64,000 nucleotides of DNA from a virus. Location: the UHGV virus genome UHGV-1963645. The stretch is one strand, 5' to 3'. Positions within the stretch are counted from its first letter, which is position 1; each line of letters opens with the position of its first letter. Position numbers and translations under genes: made by a program. The notes under the pieces were generated by a model that was given only the letters and a program-made list of their open reading frames with translations, made no database searches and had not been told where the DNA came from. Below, in pieces: positions 54,177 through 64,000 of the stretch.

Positions 54177-54788
54177 ATGGGGCTTAATGTTGCTTCAGTA
54201 AAGTCTTATGTATCTTCGGCATTAACGACGACATTATTTGGCTCCGGCGTTGGTGAGCGGGAAGTTGGTAAGCTGACGTCAATCATCATGAACAAAATGC
54301 TGTTCGCGCAAGGATGGCAGTTCTCTGTCGAAGTTGATGGTCTGGAGGGGGCAGACTTCTTTGCTAAAGACATTACCTACCACGATTACAGCATCGAATA
54401 TGAAACGATTAAAATCGGCGGAGGGAATATCCTTCAGCCAACGGAGCGTTCGCCTGGGCAGATAACAATGATGGTCAGGGATACCGTTGATGGCCTCGTT
54501 TTGGACTGGTTTAAGACGGCAAAAAGTCGGGTGATCAATCCGGACGGTACCGGGAATATACCGTCTAAATATTTGCTCAATGTGCGTATTTATCGGTTGC
54601 TGTCCTCCGGTTTAACCAAACTGGAAAATGAGATGACGGTATTCCCGGTCACTACCGGCGATGTCACCTATGCGCGGGATCAGGTTACGGAATTTAAGTC
54701 ATTCCCAATGACCTTCGCATTGCACAGCACGTTTAACCAATCCTCAAGTTCTTTAGCTTCCCTTCTGGGCTTTAGTTTTTCGCTTTAA
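54177..54788 (+). CDS. Tail-associated hypothetical protein
   Basis: 203-aa ORF in operon. Confidence 0.5.
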   Translation: MGLNVASVKSYVSSALTTTLFGSGVGEREVGKLTSIIMNKMLFAQGWQFSVEVDGLEGADFFAKDITYHDYSIEYETIKIGGGNILQPTERSPGQITMMVRDTVDGLVLDWFKTAKSRVINPDGTGNIPSKYLLNVRIYRLLSSGLTKLENEMTVFPVTTGDVTYARDQVTEFKSFPMTFALHSTFNQSSSSLASLLGFSFSL

Positions 54789-54802
54789 ATTAAGGAGCAA
54801 GG

Positions 54803-55684
54803 ATGCTTTTACCTCTTTTCCCGCTACCATCGCGGCCAACTGAATTGATCCAGTTCCGTCAGCCAAATATTGCTGATGCGATGCGTTTCAACTCGATAAC
54901 ACCGGAGGAACAAGAACAACAGACAACGGCGTATTTAAAAGCCTTGCTGGCTGAACCCGCGAAATATGATCCCCTGACATGGACGGCGCAGGACCGGATT
55001 ACCGCGTTATGGTGGATATTTACTGGCTCCCGTGAAACACCGGTCGAGACATTCACCTACACCTGTAAACATTGCGGTAAAGAGCATTATTACGATTGCG
55101 ATATGAATGCTCTGGCTGAAGATATCCAGGTCCTGGAAGTGGAACCGTTCATTGACGATATTGAGGTGTCTGTAGAGGGCGTGCCTTATCAATGGCGTAT
55201 CGTGCCGCTTGATGGTTGGGCAATGGAAATGCTGGAGATGCGCCGTGCAGCATTGCCACCTGAAGACGACGCGGAATTCAAAGAAGCGATCGTTGATTTG
55301 CGTTTTTGGGAATTCGCTTATCAGTGTGAACTTTATAACGATGTTAGCGGTACTCGTGAAGAGCAGGCTGAGCGTCGTTATGAAACGATCAAACGGATGG
55401 CCATTGATACTGAATTTATGAAGCTGGCGGCACACATCCGGGTGGCTCATGAAAAGCTCGAACATGGTTTACCGTGCTACATCGATAAAGGCGAAATGCG
55501 TCTTCGTCTCCCGCCGCACAAATGCCCAAACCAGGATACAAAGGAGTCCACAGAGGGTGCGTATACCCGTCTGTGGGTGCCCTTTCGGGCTACCGACTTC
55601 ATTCCACAGGTGGGGATTGAAAAGCTATCAGACCTTAGTGTCCAACCTGGTTTTGTATGGGGGTATACCGATTCAGGACGCTGA
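54803..55684 (+). CDS. Tail-associated hypothetical protein
   Basis: 293-aa ORF in operon. Confidence 0.5.
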   Translation: MLLPLFPLPSRPTELIQFRQPNIADAMRFNSITPEEQEQQTTAYLKALLAEPAKYDPLTWTAQDRITALWWIFTGSRETPVETFTYTCKHCGKEHYYDCDMNALAEDIQVLEVEPFIDDIEVSVEGVPYQWRIVPLDGWAMEMLEMRRAALPPEDDAEFKEAIVDLRFWEFAYQCELYNDVSGTREEQAERRYETIKRMAIDTEFMKLAAHIRVAHEKLEHGLPCYIDKGEMRLRLPPHKCPNQDTKESTEGAYTRLWVPFRATDFIPQVGIEKLSDLSVQPGFVWGYTDSGR

Positions 55685-55765
55685 AAGGCTCACTGAATCC
55701 TATGCGTTTTTCCTGTTGGAGAAACTGGAAGAAAAACTTAAACCGAAGCGGTAGGCGATAAGATC

Positions 55766-58700
55766 ATGGAAAGAAAAAACGCCAACATTGACGATGTGAT
55801 AAGGACGGTTGAAACCGCCAGCGCAAAAGAGCTGGAAGAGCTTGCAGGTATCCGGGAAGCTGTTGAAGATTTGAAAGGGGGACGCGTTGCAACTGTTGAT
55901 CCTGTCTCTCGCAGTGTGTCGGCATTAAATCGCACAATCGAAAATTCCCGGCCAGACTTTGTGGCCAATGCGCCATCAGTGGACCCTATTGTTGAGGCAA
56001 TGAAACGGCTTAATTTAGGGGACGTTTCTCGTGTAGTTCAGGAGGATGTTGCTCTACAGGAACCGCAGGCCAAATCAACTACGCGAAAGGGTAAAAAACG
56101 ACGCAAGAAGGCTATAACAGAAGATGTAAAGGCGCAACGGACCGAAGCAGCCGAACACGCTCGCGAAATGTTCGGTCAAAAAGGCGGTGCGCAAAAAAGC
56201 CAAAACCAACGCGATGCGCGTGGTCGTTTTATTGGAAAGCCAGGGAGTAAGGCCGCAGCGGAAGATGCCCGTGCTGAACGTGCTGAAAAGGCCAGGCGCA
56301 AAGAGGATGATGAGCGTCTAAATGCTGAATCAGGTTTATTAAAAAAACTGTCAAAAGTAGCTGAAGGCATAGGTAACCCTTCAGAGACTCGTGCCGTCGA
56401 TGCGTTAGGTTATGCTGTTGCTGGTCCATTGTGGGCAGCAGGGAAGGAGCTTGGCGGGATATCAAAAGAAGTTGGTGGATCGCTTAATGGTGCCAGAAAG
56501 TCTATTGCCGATGTGATTCGTGGCAATGACGATAACAGCCGTAGAAAAGGTTTTTTTAGGCGTAAATCGCAAAATAGTGCCGATGTCGTTCAGGTTAACA
56601 CCCAAAAACGGACGGTTCAGGAACTTCAGGAGCAGACCAGCGAAATTAAAGAGGGCAATGACAAGATTCTCAGCGCCCTTGATCAGATAGCCAAAAACAC
56701 CGGGAAAAAGAAGGGCGGCTTGCTGTCTAAACTATTTAGCCTGTTAGGGAAGGGGGCCGGTGGCGTCGCGTCGTTGTTAATGGGGCGTGGCATGCTGAAA
56801 AAAGCTGGAGCACTCGCTTTTGGCGCTCTGGGGGCAAAGAGACTCGTAGGAATGCTACGCGGTGGGGGCAAGAAGACTCTCGCCCATGAAGGCGGAGATT
56901 TGGCTGCCCGGGCAGCAGGTAAACTTGGATTAAAGGCAGTTGGTAAAGGGGCGTTACGCGCAATTCCCCTAGTCGGCACAGTGGCTGGAGGTATTTATGA
57001 TGCGGTAACCGGTTGGAATGATACAGAAGCGCAACGTCGAGCGTTTGGGCTTAAATCAGGACAAGATCCATCATTCCAGCAAAAAGCCGCTTATACGTTA
57101 GCCAATGTTCTTGATTTGGGGGGACTGGTATCTGGTATTAGCAGTGCTATTGGTGATGTTCTCAAATCACTTGGATTTGAGGATATCGGCAATATGTTGC
57201 AATCATTTTCGACGGAAAGTATTGCCCAGGCCATTGATAGCGGGGTTACCAACTTAGAAACATATATTTCTAACCTTGGCGACACCATTTCTACCAAGTT
57301 CGATGATTACACAGCAAAGATTGGTGATGCTGTTTCAGCATGGTTTAGCGATACATCTAATAAGTTGCTTGAAAAGCTGGATGCCATCAAAGACTTCTTT
57401 ACTGTCGATAACCTGAAACAGGTTTTCAGTGATGCAATTGATAGTGCAATTGACTTCATTAAGAACCCAGGGAAACACATTAAAGAGGCGGCTGGTAATA
57501 TTTGGGATGGGGTTAAAAATTTACCCGGTAAAGCATTAGATGCAGCGGTTGATGCCGTTAAAAATACCCCTGCGGCAATGATTGTATCAAAAATACCCAA
57601 TCCGATCGGCGAGGCTAATGCAAAAGAAATCACTCCAGAGTTAAAAGCTCCGGTTAATAGCCACCAGGAGACATCTGATTCTAAAACTGAATCCGATGCT
57701 AAACAGACTAATATTGCTACCCGCGTGATAAATGCGGCACTGGACACGGCGAAAGATAGCAATAAAACAGTTAAAGAAACTGCCAATCAGATTATCAATG
57801 CAAATGCCGTAGAAATGGGCAATAGCGCGGTGCGGAAAATTGATTCAGCTATTGGACAAAATAGCTCGTCATCATCGTCGCGTAATACCACCGGCACTGG
57901 GAATGACATTCAGAAAGCTGCTGATACCTACAATAATGGCAACTTAGATGTAAAAGTCGGAAGCCTTGGCGCTGAAGGTAAGGCAAATCTCGATAAGTTA
58001 GCTCCGTATTTTGCTGAACTAGAGAATAAATATGGTCTTCCTGAAGGCACTCTTTACGCGATTGCTGCAACTGAATCAGGAGGGGATCCTAACGCAAAGT
58101 CTCCGCTTACAAGATCACCAGATGGAAAGTTAAGTGGTGGCGCACTCGGGATGTTCCAGTTTACGCGCGTTGCTCGTGAGGAAACTGGATTATCCCGGGA
58201 AGATTCTTTTAATCCGGAAAAATCGGCAGAAGCTGCGGCTCTTCTCATGAGCAAGTATCTGAAGCAAGCCAATGGAGACTTAAACGAGGCCATCACTGCA
58301 TATAACGCTGGGTTTGGCACTATTAATAAGTGGAAAAAAGGCACCGGTGACTTATCGAAGGAAAACCGTGAGTACGCGATCAAGGTCAATACTCATCGTG
58401 CTCGCTATTTAGGTGGTGAAATCTATACACCTGGGGCAGGAGCACAGGGTGGGGCGCAATATGGAGTGAGGGAACCACTACCTGATAACGCCGTTATCGA
58501 TCAGTCTACTGGTCTGGCGTTTACCCCTGGTGATAGCCCGTTTGAGAAAGGCGGTTTGGTAGACAAAATCGGCAATGCTGTTGGCGTTAACGATCTGGTC
58601 AACAAATTCATGAATGGCCGGGGTATGCGTCGGGAAGTCGTTCAGGGAACGCTCGAAGAACGTGCACGAGGGAAGGGGACCGCAACAGCAGCTGGCAATG

Positions 58701-59188
58701 TGTATGTTAATACTCCGATGCCAGTTGAAGAGGCGCGTCCGGTGGCCAGCAACTCAAGTTACTTTGACCAACTCGGCGCACAAATGGGGATTGATGGACT
58801 ATTCGATAAACTCCGCAACTCGCCGGGGATGCGGAAAAATAATGCGCCTGAACCAGCCTCCACGTCCCAGGTGACGACTGCCGCCAACGATTTGCAGCAA
58901 CCAACCGGTCGTATGCAGATAGACGGGCAGGTTATTAGTGACCTTGGCGGTTCCGGTGCCAAGCCGACAATGCAGTTGGCTGATAATACCGTTTCACTTG
59001 ATGGTGAAACGAAGCGGCTGTTTGCGCAGATGACCTCATTGCTTGCCAGGATTGAAGAGCACACCAAAGACTCGGCGAAAGGCCAGGGAACTGTCGTAAA
59101 GGTCAGCACGCCTCAGCCGGGCGTTATGCGCACGGTACCACTGTCAATTGATGATCCGTTGATGAATGACTACGCGAGAGTTGATTGA
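55766..59188 (+). CDS. sit: Tape-measure-like protein with lytic transglycosylase domain (Sit-like)
   Basis: 1140-aa ORF; SLT motif AIAATESGGDPNAKSP...GALGMFQF. Confidence 0.8.
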   Translation: MERKNANIDDVIRTVETASAKELEELAGIREAVEDLKGGRVATVDPVSRSVSALNRTIENSRPDFVANAPSVDPIVEAMKRLNLGDVSRVVQEDVALQEPQAKSTTRKGKKRRKKAITEDVKAQRTEAAEHAREMFGQKGGAQKSQNQRDARGRFIGKPGSKAAAEDARAERAEKARRKEDDERLNAESGLLKKLSKVAEGIGNPSETRAVDALGYAVAGPLWAAGKELGGISKEVGGSLNGARKSIADVIRGNDDNSRRKGFFRRKSQNSADVVQVNTQKRTVQELQEQTSEIKEGNDKILSALDQIAKNTGKKKGGLLSKLFSLLGKGAGGVASLLMGRGMLKKAGALAFGALGAKRLVGMLRGGGKKTLAHEGGDLAARAAGKLGLKAVGKGALRAIPLVGTVAGGIYDAVTGWNDTEAQRRAFGLKSGQDPSFQQKAAYTLANVLDLGGLVSGISSAIGDVLKSLGFEDIGNMLQSFSTESIAQAIDSGVTNLETYISNLGDTISTKFDDYTAKIGDAVSAWFSDTSNKLLEKLDAIKDFFTVDNLKQVFSDAIDSAIDFIKNPGKHIKEAAGNIWDGVKNLPGKALDAAVDAVKNTPAAMIVSKIPNPIGEANAKEITPELKAPVNSHQETSDSKTESDAKQTNIATRVINAALDTAKDSNKTVKETANQIINANAVEMGNSAVRKIDSAIGQNSSSSSSRNTTGTGNDIQKAADTYNNGNLDVKVGSLGAEGKANLDKLAPYFAELENKYGLPEGTLYAIAATESGGDPNAKSPLTRSPDGKLSGGALGMFQFTRVAREETGLSREDSFNPEKSAEAAALLMSKYLKQANGDLNEAITAYNAGFGTINKWKKGTGDLSKENREYAIKVNTHRARYLGGEIYTPGAGAQGGAQYGVREPLPDNAVIDQSTGLAFTPGDSPFEKGGLVDKIGNAVGVNDLVNKFMNGRGMRREVVQGTLEERARGKGTATAAGNVYVNTPMPVEEARPVASNSSYFDQLGAQMGIDGLFDKLRNSPGMRKNNAPEPASTSQVTTAANDLQQPTGRMQIDGQVISDLGGSGAKPTMQLADNTVSLDGETKRLFAQMTSLLARIEEHTKDSAKGQGTVVKVSTPQPGVMRTVPLSIDDPLMNDYARVD

Positions 59189-59544
59189 TGGCCAACAATA
59201 ATGAAATTGATCCTTTGCTGACGCTGGAGTTATCCGGCGTAAAAACGTATGAGTCCCAGGAGGAGGCCTGGGGCGCTCGTTTATATGAGTGGCTAAACAC
59301 TTATCAGGGTGAGGTATACGGAGATCCGTCATGGGGCAATGTTTTACCGCAGTTTAAACACGAACCGACCAACTTGTCGCATGTTCAAATTGCGGTTGAG
59401 GCAATGCTGTTGCAAAAACTGACGGTAGATTTACCTGACATACCGATTTCTGGCTTGTCAGTAGCCGAGGGAGATGCTTTTGATAAGTTGAAAATATCCA
59501 TTCGTATCAGGGATATAACTATCACACAGGACGTGGTGCTATGA
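59185..59544 (+). CDS. Baseplate-associated small protein
   Basis: 119-aa ORF with 4-nt overlaps on both sides. Confidence 0.5.
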   Translation: MMANNNEIDPLLTLELSGVKTYESQEEAWGARLYEWLNTYQGEVYGDPSWGNVLPQFKHEPTNLSHVQIAVEAMLLQKLTVDLPDIPISGLSVAEGDAFDKLKISIRIRDITITQDVVL

Positions 59545-60974
59545 GTAAAACAACACCGACTAAAGACAGTATTCGTGCAGAGTTTGAAGAGCTTGTCGAG
59601 AAAGATTCATTCTGGTCGAAGTTTGTCGGCTCTCAATTTGTCTCGATGCTGACATTGTTTATTACCCAGATTGTCTACAGGTGCTTTCAGTATGCCGATG
59701 CGGCGCTGGCTGAAGGCTTTATATCGACCGCGACGCGGCGTTCCTCTATCCTGGCAGCGGCAGAAACGAATAGTTACGTTGGTACCAAGCCAACACCGTC
59801 ATCCGGGATGGTTGAGATCACAGCCACAAGTGAAGATGCTCCAGCGGTAATCCCCAAAAACACGCCTTTAATATCTGACGACCAGTACCCTTACATGACT
59901 ATGGATGTATGCAGGTTGGTTGACGGCACCGGTACGGTAGAAGTGGCACAGTTGGAAATCCAGGAGGTGACATATACCGTTACGGCAGCCAAAGAATTTC
60001 TGGAAGTCGTGTTATCAAAGGCTCTCACTGCTGTCTGCTATAAGCTGGAAGTATTCGTGACGACCGATGGTAAGACCACGCAGTGGTCTTCCAGCACTAT
60101 GTTCCGGTTAGCCGGTAGTAAAAGCCAGGTCTACGTTGAGTTTTATAAGCCATCCGAGCAGTTGGGGGTTCGATTCGGTGATGGGCTAATTGGGCAAATA
60201 CCGCCAGAAGGCTCGACCATTACACTTAAGGTATGGTGCACCAACGGAGATATAACCCTGGTTGCTGGCCAAAACCTGACTCCTGTCGATTCTGCGGCTA
60301 ATTTAGCTAATTTGATTTCAGTTAAGACAACGACACCCATAACCGCAGGTACCGATGCCGAAACAACGGAGATCACACGTAATCGTGCACAATATTACCT
60401 TGCCTATGATGATCAGGTCGTATGGGGCGGGGACTATACGTATTTTCTGGTGCGTAACATCCCGGGACTGTCCTGGGTAAAGGCATGGGGCGAAGGCCAG
60501 CAAGAGAAATTAGATGGTGCTTATAATGTTCGGAATATCAATAAGATATTTATTTCAGGATGGCATCCAAACAAAAGCCAGTCAGAGCTTGAAGAAATGA
60601 TCCTGGCTGCCTTTAAGAAGGTGCCGAATGAGTTGAACAAGAAATTCTCGTATAAAGAGGTCAGAAAACTACCCTTTAAGATCACCATCACTGGGCGGAT
60701 ATCGGCAAGCCTGACCATTGAGAACGTGACTGATGAGCTGAAGTCGGCACTGGAAACAAAATTTGGGCGTGACTCAACTTTCTTTGATCCGAACCGTGTC
60801 GGCAAGTACATCCTAATCAAGAAAAAAGACGTTTGGGCATTTATCGAAACGCTGGGTTATTTCCGCGACTTTTATCTGGAATTTGTCGAGTGGAATGAGT
60901 CCAACGGCTTTTACGATTTCGTTTATCTGGATACAGAAAACTCCACCTTTAATATTTCGTATGAGGAGGAGTGA
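59541..60974 (+). CDS. Baseplate J-like/wedge protein candidate
   Basis: 477-aa ORF in baseplate block. Confidence 0.45.
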   Translation: MSKTTPTKDSIRAEFEELVEKDSFWSKFVGSQFVSMLTLFITQIVYRCFQYADAALAEGFISTATRRSSILAAAETNSYVGTKPTPSSGMVEITATSEDAPAVIPKNTPLISDDQYPYMTMDVCRLVDGTGTVEVAQLEIQEVTYTVTAAKEFLEVVLSKALTAVCYKLEVFVTTDGKTTQWSSSTMFRLAGSKSQVYVEFYKPSEQLGVRFGDGLIGQIPPEGSTITLKVWCTNGDITLVAGQNLTPVDSAANLANLISVKTTTPITAGTDAETTEITRNRAQYYLAYDDQVVWGGDYTYFLVRNIPGLSWVKAWGEGQQEKLDGAYNVRNINKIFISGWHPNKSQSELEEMILAAFKKVPNELNKKFSYKEVRKLPFKITITGRISASLTIENVTDELKSALETKFGRDSTFFDPNRVGKYILIKKKDVWAFIETLGYFRDFYLEFVEWNESNGFYDFVYLDTENSTFNISYEEE

Positions 60975-61810
60975 TGCAGCGTTCCTGGTTTAATAACCGG
61001 CTTACATCAGCTAAGCAAAAGTCATTACTTTATAAATCATTGGCTGATTTGGTTCAGTCAATGATGGACACCTTTGTTGACCCATGGTTGGAGCGAATTA
61101 CCAACCGGAAGTCTATTTTCTCCATGAGCAAGGAGGATCTGGAGACTAGGACAAATGAACTTGGCCAGTTTTTTACTATCAGGACGTCGAATTCATCTTC
61201 CGTTCCGATGTTGTTACAACAGCGGTTTGATGAGATCCATTTTAAGGGTACTGAACGCCCTATAAACCAGACAATTTATCGCGAATTTAACGGTATATCG
61301 GTTTTATGGGATCCCATATATGCTCCGGTGGACTTTGAACGTCATCCCTATGGCACGGTCCTGATTCCAGAAAGCACACTGGAAACCACCGGCGGCACAT
61401 TCGGCGAGATGTTTCTGACTTCCAGAGGAATGATCAGTATTCCCATAAACGACCTGGCCCGGACAATGGGTATTACTGGAACGATAGATCAGTCCGCAAT
61501 TACAGAAGAAATTCTCAGAAAGTTTAATCAGTTCGTAAAGCCTCTACTGCCACTGCATATAGTGTTTGATGGGCTTACGCTCTATTTGTCGGTTGTTGTA
61601 AATGAACAGGCCGACATGATCACTTTGAATGAGATTTCTGATACCGAAAAAGCATTCTGCTGGTTTGAAACTTCGGATACAACTTCGCTTACTGAAGTTA
61701 CGTCGATTAACGCCCCGATCACTGCAACGCCGGGCGGCACTATTGTGAAAGCAACGCCTACGTTTGATCGCACCCGCGCAGATGATTTGCTGTTGGATAG
61801 CGATGCGTGA
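60971..61810 (+). CDS. Baseplate/tail-fibre-attachment hypothetical protein
   Basis: 279-aa ORF in operon. Confidence 0.45.
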   Translation: MMQRSWFNNRLTSAKQKSLLYKSLADLVQSMMDTFVDPWLERITNRKSIFSMSKEDLETRTNELGQFFTIRTSNSSSVPMLLQQRFDEIHFKGTERPINQTIYREFNGISVLWDPIYAPVDFERHPYGTVLIPESTLETTGGTFGEMFLTSRGMISIPINDLARTMGITGTIDQSAITEEILRKFNQFVKPLLPLHIVFDGLTLYLSVVVNEQADMITLNEISDTEKAFCWFETSDTTSLTEVTSINAPITATPGGTIVKATPTFDRTRADDLLLDSDA

Positions 61811-61888
61811 CAATCACCCCGTCCGCAGGGCGGGGTGACAAGTTACTTATCTTACAATGAGGCTTCACAACATTGATTAGGGAAAATC

Positions 61889-62323
61889 ATGTCTGACGTC
61901 TCAACAAACCTCTATAAGAGTCAGTTGTTGGACTATTACTATCAGCGGCGCGCTGAATCGTCCATTAACAAAGGCTCTCGATTTTTAATCAGCAAGGCCG
62001 TTTTCGGTACCAGTTCACTGGTTACTAAGAAAGGAGATGGCACTTATGAGATTGGAGAACTGCCAAAGGCTTTCGATCTGGCAGAACTGACCAGTCAATT
62101 TTGCACCATCAACCTCGTCCCAACCTACTCAGGCGGGATAATTACTGTCCGAATGGACCTTGATCAAAGTCAGTTGCAGGAAGGGAAAAACTACCCATTC
62201 AACACTCTGGTTGTTCTGGATAACGAGAATAAGCCAATCGCCATTATTTGTGTCCAAGAAGACTCGCTGTATGTGGGCAAAACATATACCGCAGTTATGG
62301 CCATAAACTCGACTACAGCATAA
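61889..62323 (+). CDS. Hypothetical tail protein
   Basis: 144-aa ORF upstream of fibre gene. Confidence 0.45.
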   Translation: MSDVSTNLYKSQLLDYYYQRRAESSINKGSRFLISKAVFGTSSLVTKKGDGTYEIGELPKAFDLAELTSQFCTINLVPTYSGGIITVRMDLDQSQLQEGKNYPFNTLVVLDNENKPIAIICVQEDSLYVGKTYTAVMAINSTTA

Positions 62324-62334
62324 GGATATGCTTG

Positions 62335-63984
62335 ATGAATGACGTTACAGTTGTTACATCGGTTACTTACCCATCACCCGAGTCGTTGGCTCTGGTGGCT
62401 GATGTGCAATACCACGAACCATATCTGTCAGCCGCTCTAAACCGAAAATTCAGGGGAATTGTTGACCCGGGATTTTATGCTGGTTTCTTGCCTAAGCCTG
62501 GCGGTGGAATGAACCTGTTAATCACCTCAGTGGATGGAGATAAAACCGCTGGCGCGGCGTCAGTGGATATTGGTGAATTCTACCAGGTAACTATTCAGCA
62601 TCGTAAGGATATCTCTCTTGCACTTAACGCAGGCAAGAAATATGCAATTGTGCTGAAGGGAAGATACCTTCTTGGAGAAGATACCTATCAGGTGAATACC
62701 GCGTCACATATTCATGCAGCTGAATTTGTTGCCAGAACCTATACCGATTCATATCAGTTAGGTGATGGGGAACTGCTGGTTTGTACGGTGAATATCCCTG
62801 CTGGCGTATCTACCATTACTCAAGAGATGATTGATACATCCGAGCGTATCAACCGCACGATCGGCATTGATATTTCAGACTCTGTAACCAGTACCAGAAG
62901 TGATGTTGCTGCGAGTTCGCTGGCAGTTAAAAAAGCCTACGATCTGGCGAAAAGCAAGTATACGGCGCAGGATGCAAGCACAACGCAAAAGGGATTAGTT
63001 CAGCTCAGTAGTGCCACTAACAGCACGTCCGAAGTGCTGGCCGCCACACCGAAAGCTGTCAAGGCTGCATATGACCTGGCTAACGGGAAGTATACAGCCC
63101 AGGATGCAACCACGACACAAAAAGGGATAGTTCAGCTCAGTAGCGACACCAACAGCACTTCTGAAACATTAGCTGCAACTCCAAAAGCGGTTAAAGCTGC
63201 ATACGATCTAGCAGCCGGAAAGGCACCATCCAGTCATACACATCCCTGGAATCAGATCACTGGTGTGCCAACAGCTTCATTGACAGCGAAAGGCATCACT
63301 CAGCTCAGTAGTGCCACTAACAGCACGTCCGAAGTGCTGGCCGCCACACCGAAAGCTGTCAAGGCTGCATATGATTTGGCTAATGGAAAGCAAGCGGCAG
63401 ACGCTACGCTCACTGCTCTAGCGGCACTAGCTACAGCAGCAGATAAACTCCCTTATTTCACAGGTGTTGATCGTGCCGCGTTAACTGCATTGACAAGTGT
63501 TGGACGCGCCATTCTTGGTAAGACCAGTATTCAGAGCGTTCTTGATTACCTTGGTTTGGGGGAAGGCTCTGCATTGCCTGTTGGTGTGCCCGTTCCGTGG
63601 CCCTTAGAAACACCACCAACTGGCTGGCTAAAATGCAATGGTGCAGCATTTTCTTCTGAAATGTATCCCAAACTGGCAAAAGCCTACCCCACCAATAAAT
63701 TACCGGATTTACGCGGTGAATTTATCCGTGGCTGGGATGATGGGCGCGGGATTGATGCGGGACGTACCCTGCTTTCAGGGCAGGATGGTACAAGTTTTTC
63801 TCATTACGGAGGTAATTTCGACATTGGGTCTGGTCATTCAATCAATAACTATGACCAAATTGTTTCTAACCAACCAGGATTTTCCCGTTTTTCATTTGCA
63901 GGGCCTTCACGAGGTGATGGGGTTAATTATGTAACCATTCGTCCTCGTAACATTGCGTTTAATTATATCGTAAGGGCGGCATAA
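62335..63984 (+). CDS. Tail-fibre-like protein with tandem repeats
   Basis: Start MNDVTVV after AAGGA; four copies of ...TNSTSE(V/T)LAATPKAVKAAYDLA... Confidence 0.6.
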   Translation: MNDVTVVTSVTYPSPESLALVADVQYHEPYLSAALNRKFRGIVDPGFYAGFLPKPGGGMNLLITSVDGDKTAGAASVDIGEFYQVTIQHRKDISLALNAGKKYAIVLKGRYLLGEDTYQVNTASHIHAAEFVARTYTDSYQLGDGELLVCTVNIPAGVSTITQEMIDTSERINRTIGIDISDSVTSTRSDVAASSLAVKKAYDLAKSKYTAQDASTTQKGLVQLSSATNSTSEVLAATPKAVKAAYDLANGKYTAQDATTTQKGIVQLSSDTNSTSETLAATPKAVKAAYDLAAGKAPSSHTHPWNQITGVPTASLTAKGITQLSSATNSTSEVLAATPKAVKAAYDLANGKQAADATLTALAALATAADKLPYFTGVDRAALTALTSVGRAILGKTSIQSVLDYLGLGEGSALPVGVPVPWPLETPPTGWLKCNGAAFSSEMYPKLAKAYPTNKLPDLRGEFIRGWDDGRGIDAGRTLLSGQDGTSFSHYGGNFDIGSGHSINNYDQIVSNQPGFSRFSFAGPSRGDGVNYVTIRPRNIAFNYIVRAA

Positions 63985-64000
63985 AAACGTTGGTTTGGGA

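Noticed and set aside
56176-58389. Minus-strand ORFs of 64-159 aa
   Set aside because: Antisense within the sit gene; judged spurious.

Overview
The window reads as about two thirds of a P1-like temperate phage that is maintained as a plasmid prophage. All calls were made by eye from the sequence and the ORF track; no database search or computation was run, so names rest on recalled family motifs and on gene order matching phage P1. From left to right: an immunity-I-like module (c4-like RNA, icd, ant) on the minus strand running off the left edge; the packaging genes pacB/pacA with the hexamer-rich pac site inside pacA; lpa, pdcB, the phd-doc addiction pair, humD behind a LexA box, and hot; a block of small paralogous minus-strand genes; an operon with two phosphatases, a VRR-NUC nuclease and glycosyltransferase-like proteins; a plus-strand baseplate cluster; ban helicase with three tRNA genes, plp/upl, the Dmt double methyltransferase and hrdC; a spanin-like overlapping pair; the plasmid replicon (oriR, incC iterons, repA, incA iterons) and parA-parB-parS; head/sheath genes; repL-kilA and a second c4-icd-ant module; then tail genes including the Sit transglycosylase tape-measure protein and a repeat-containing fibre gene. 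Copies of the 17-bp C1 operator motif are scattered through the window. The three best candidates for something new are a T5orf172-like gene sitting between incA and parA, an AT-rich three-gene membrane/secreted cassette next to the second immunity module, and the presence of two immunity-I modules whose predicted antisense pairing elements differ by compensatory swaps.
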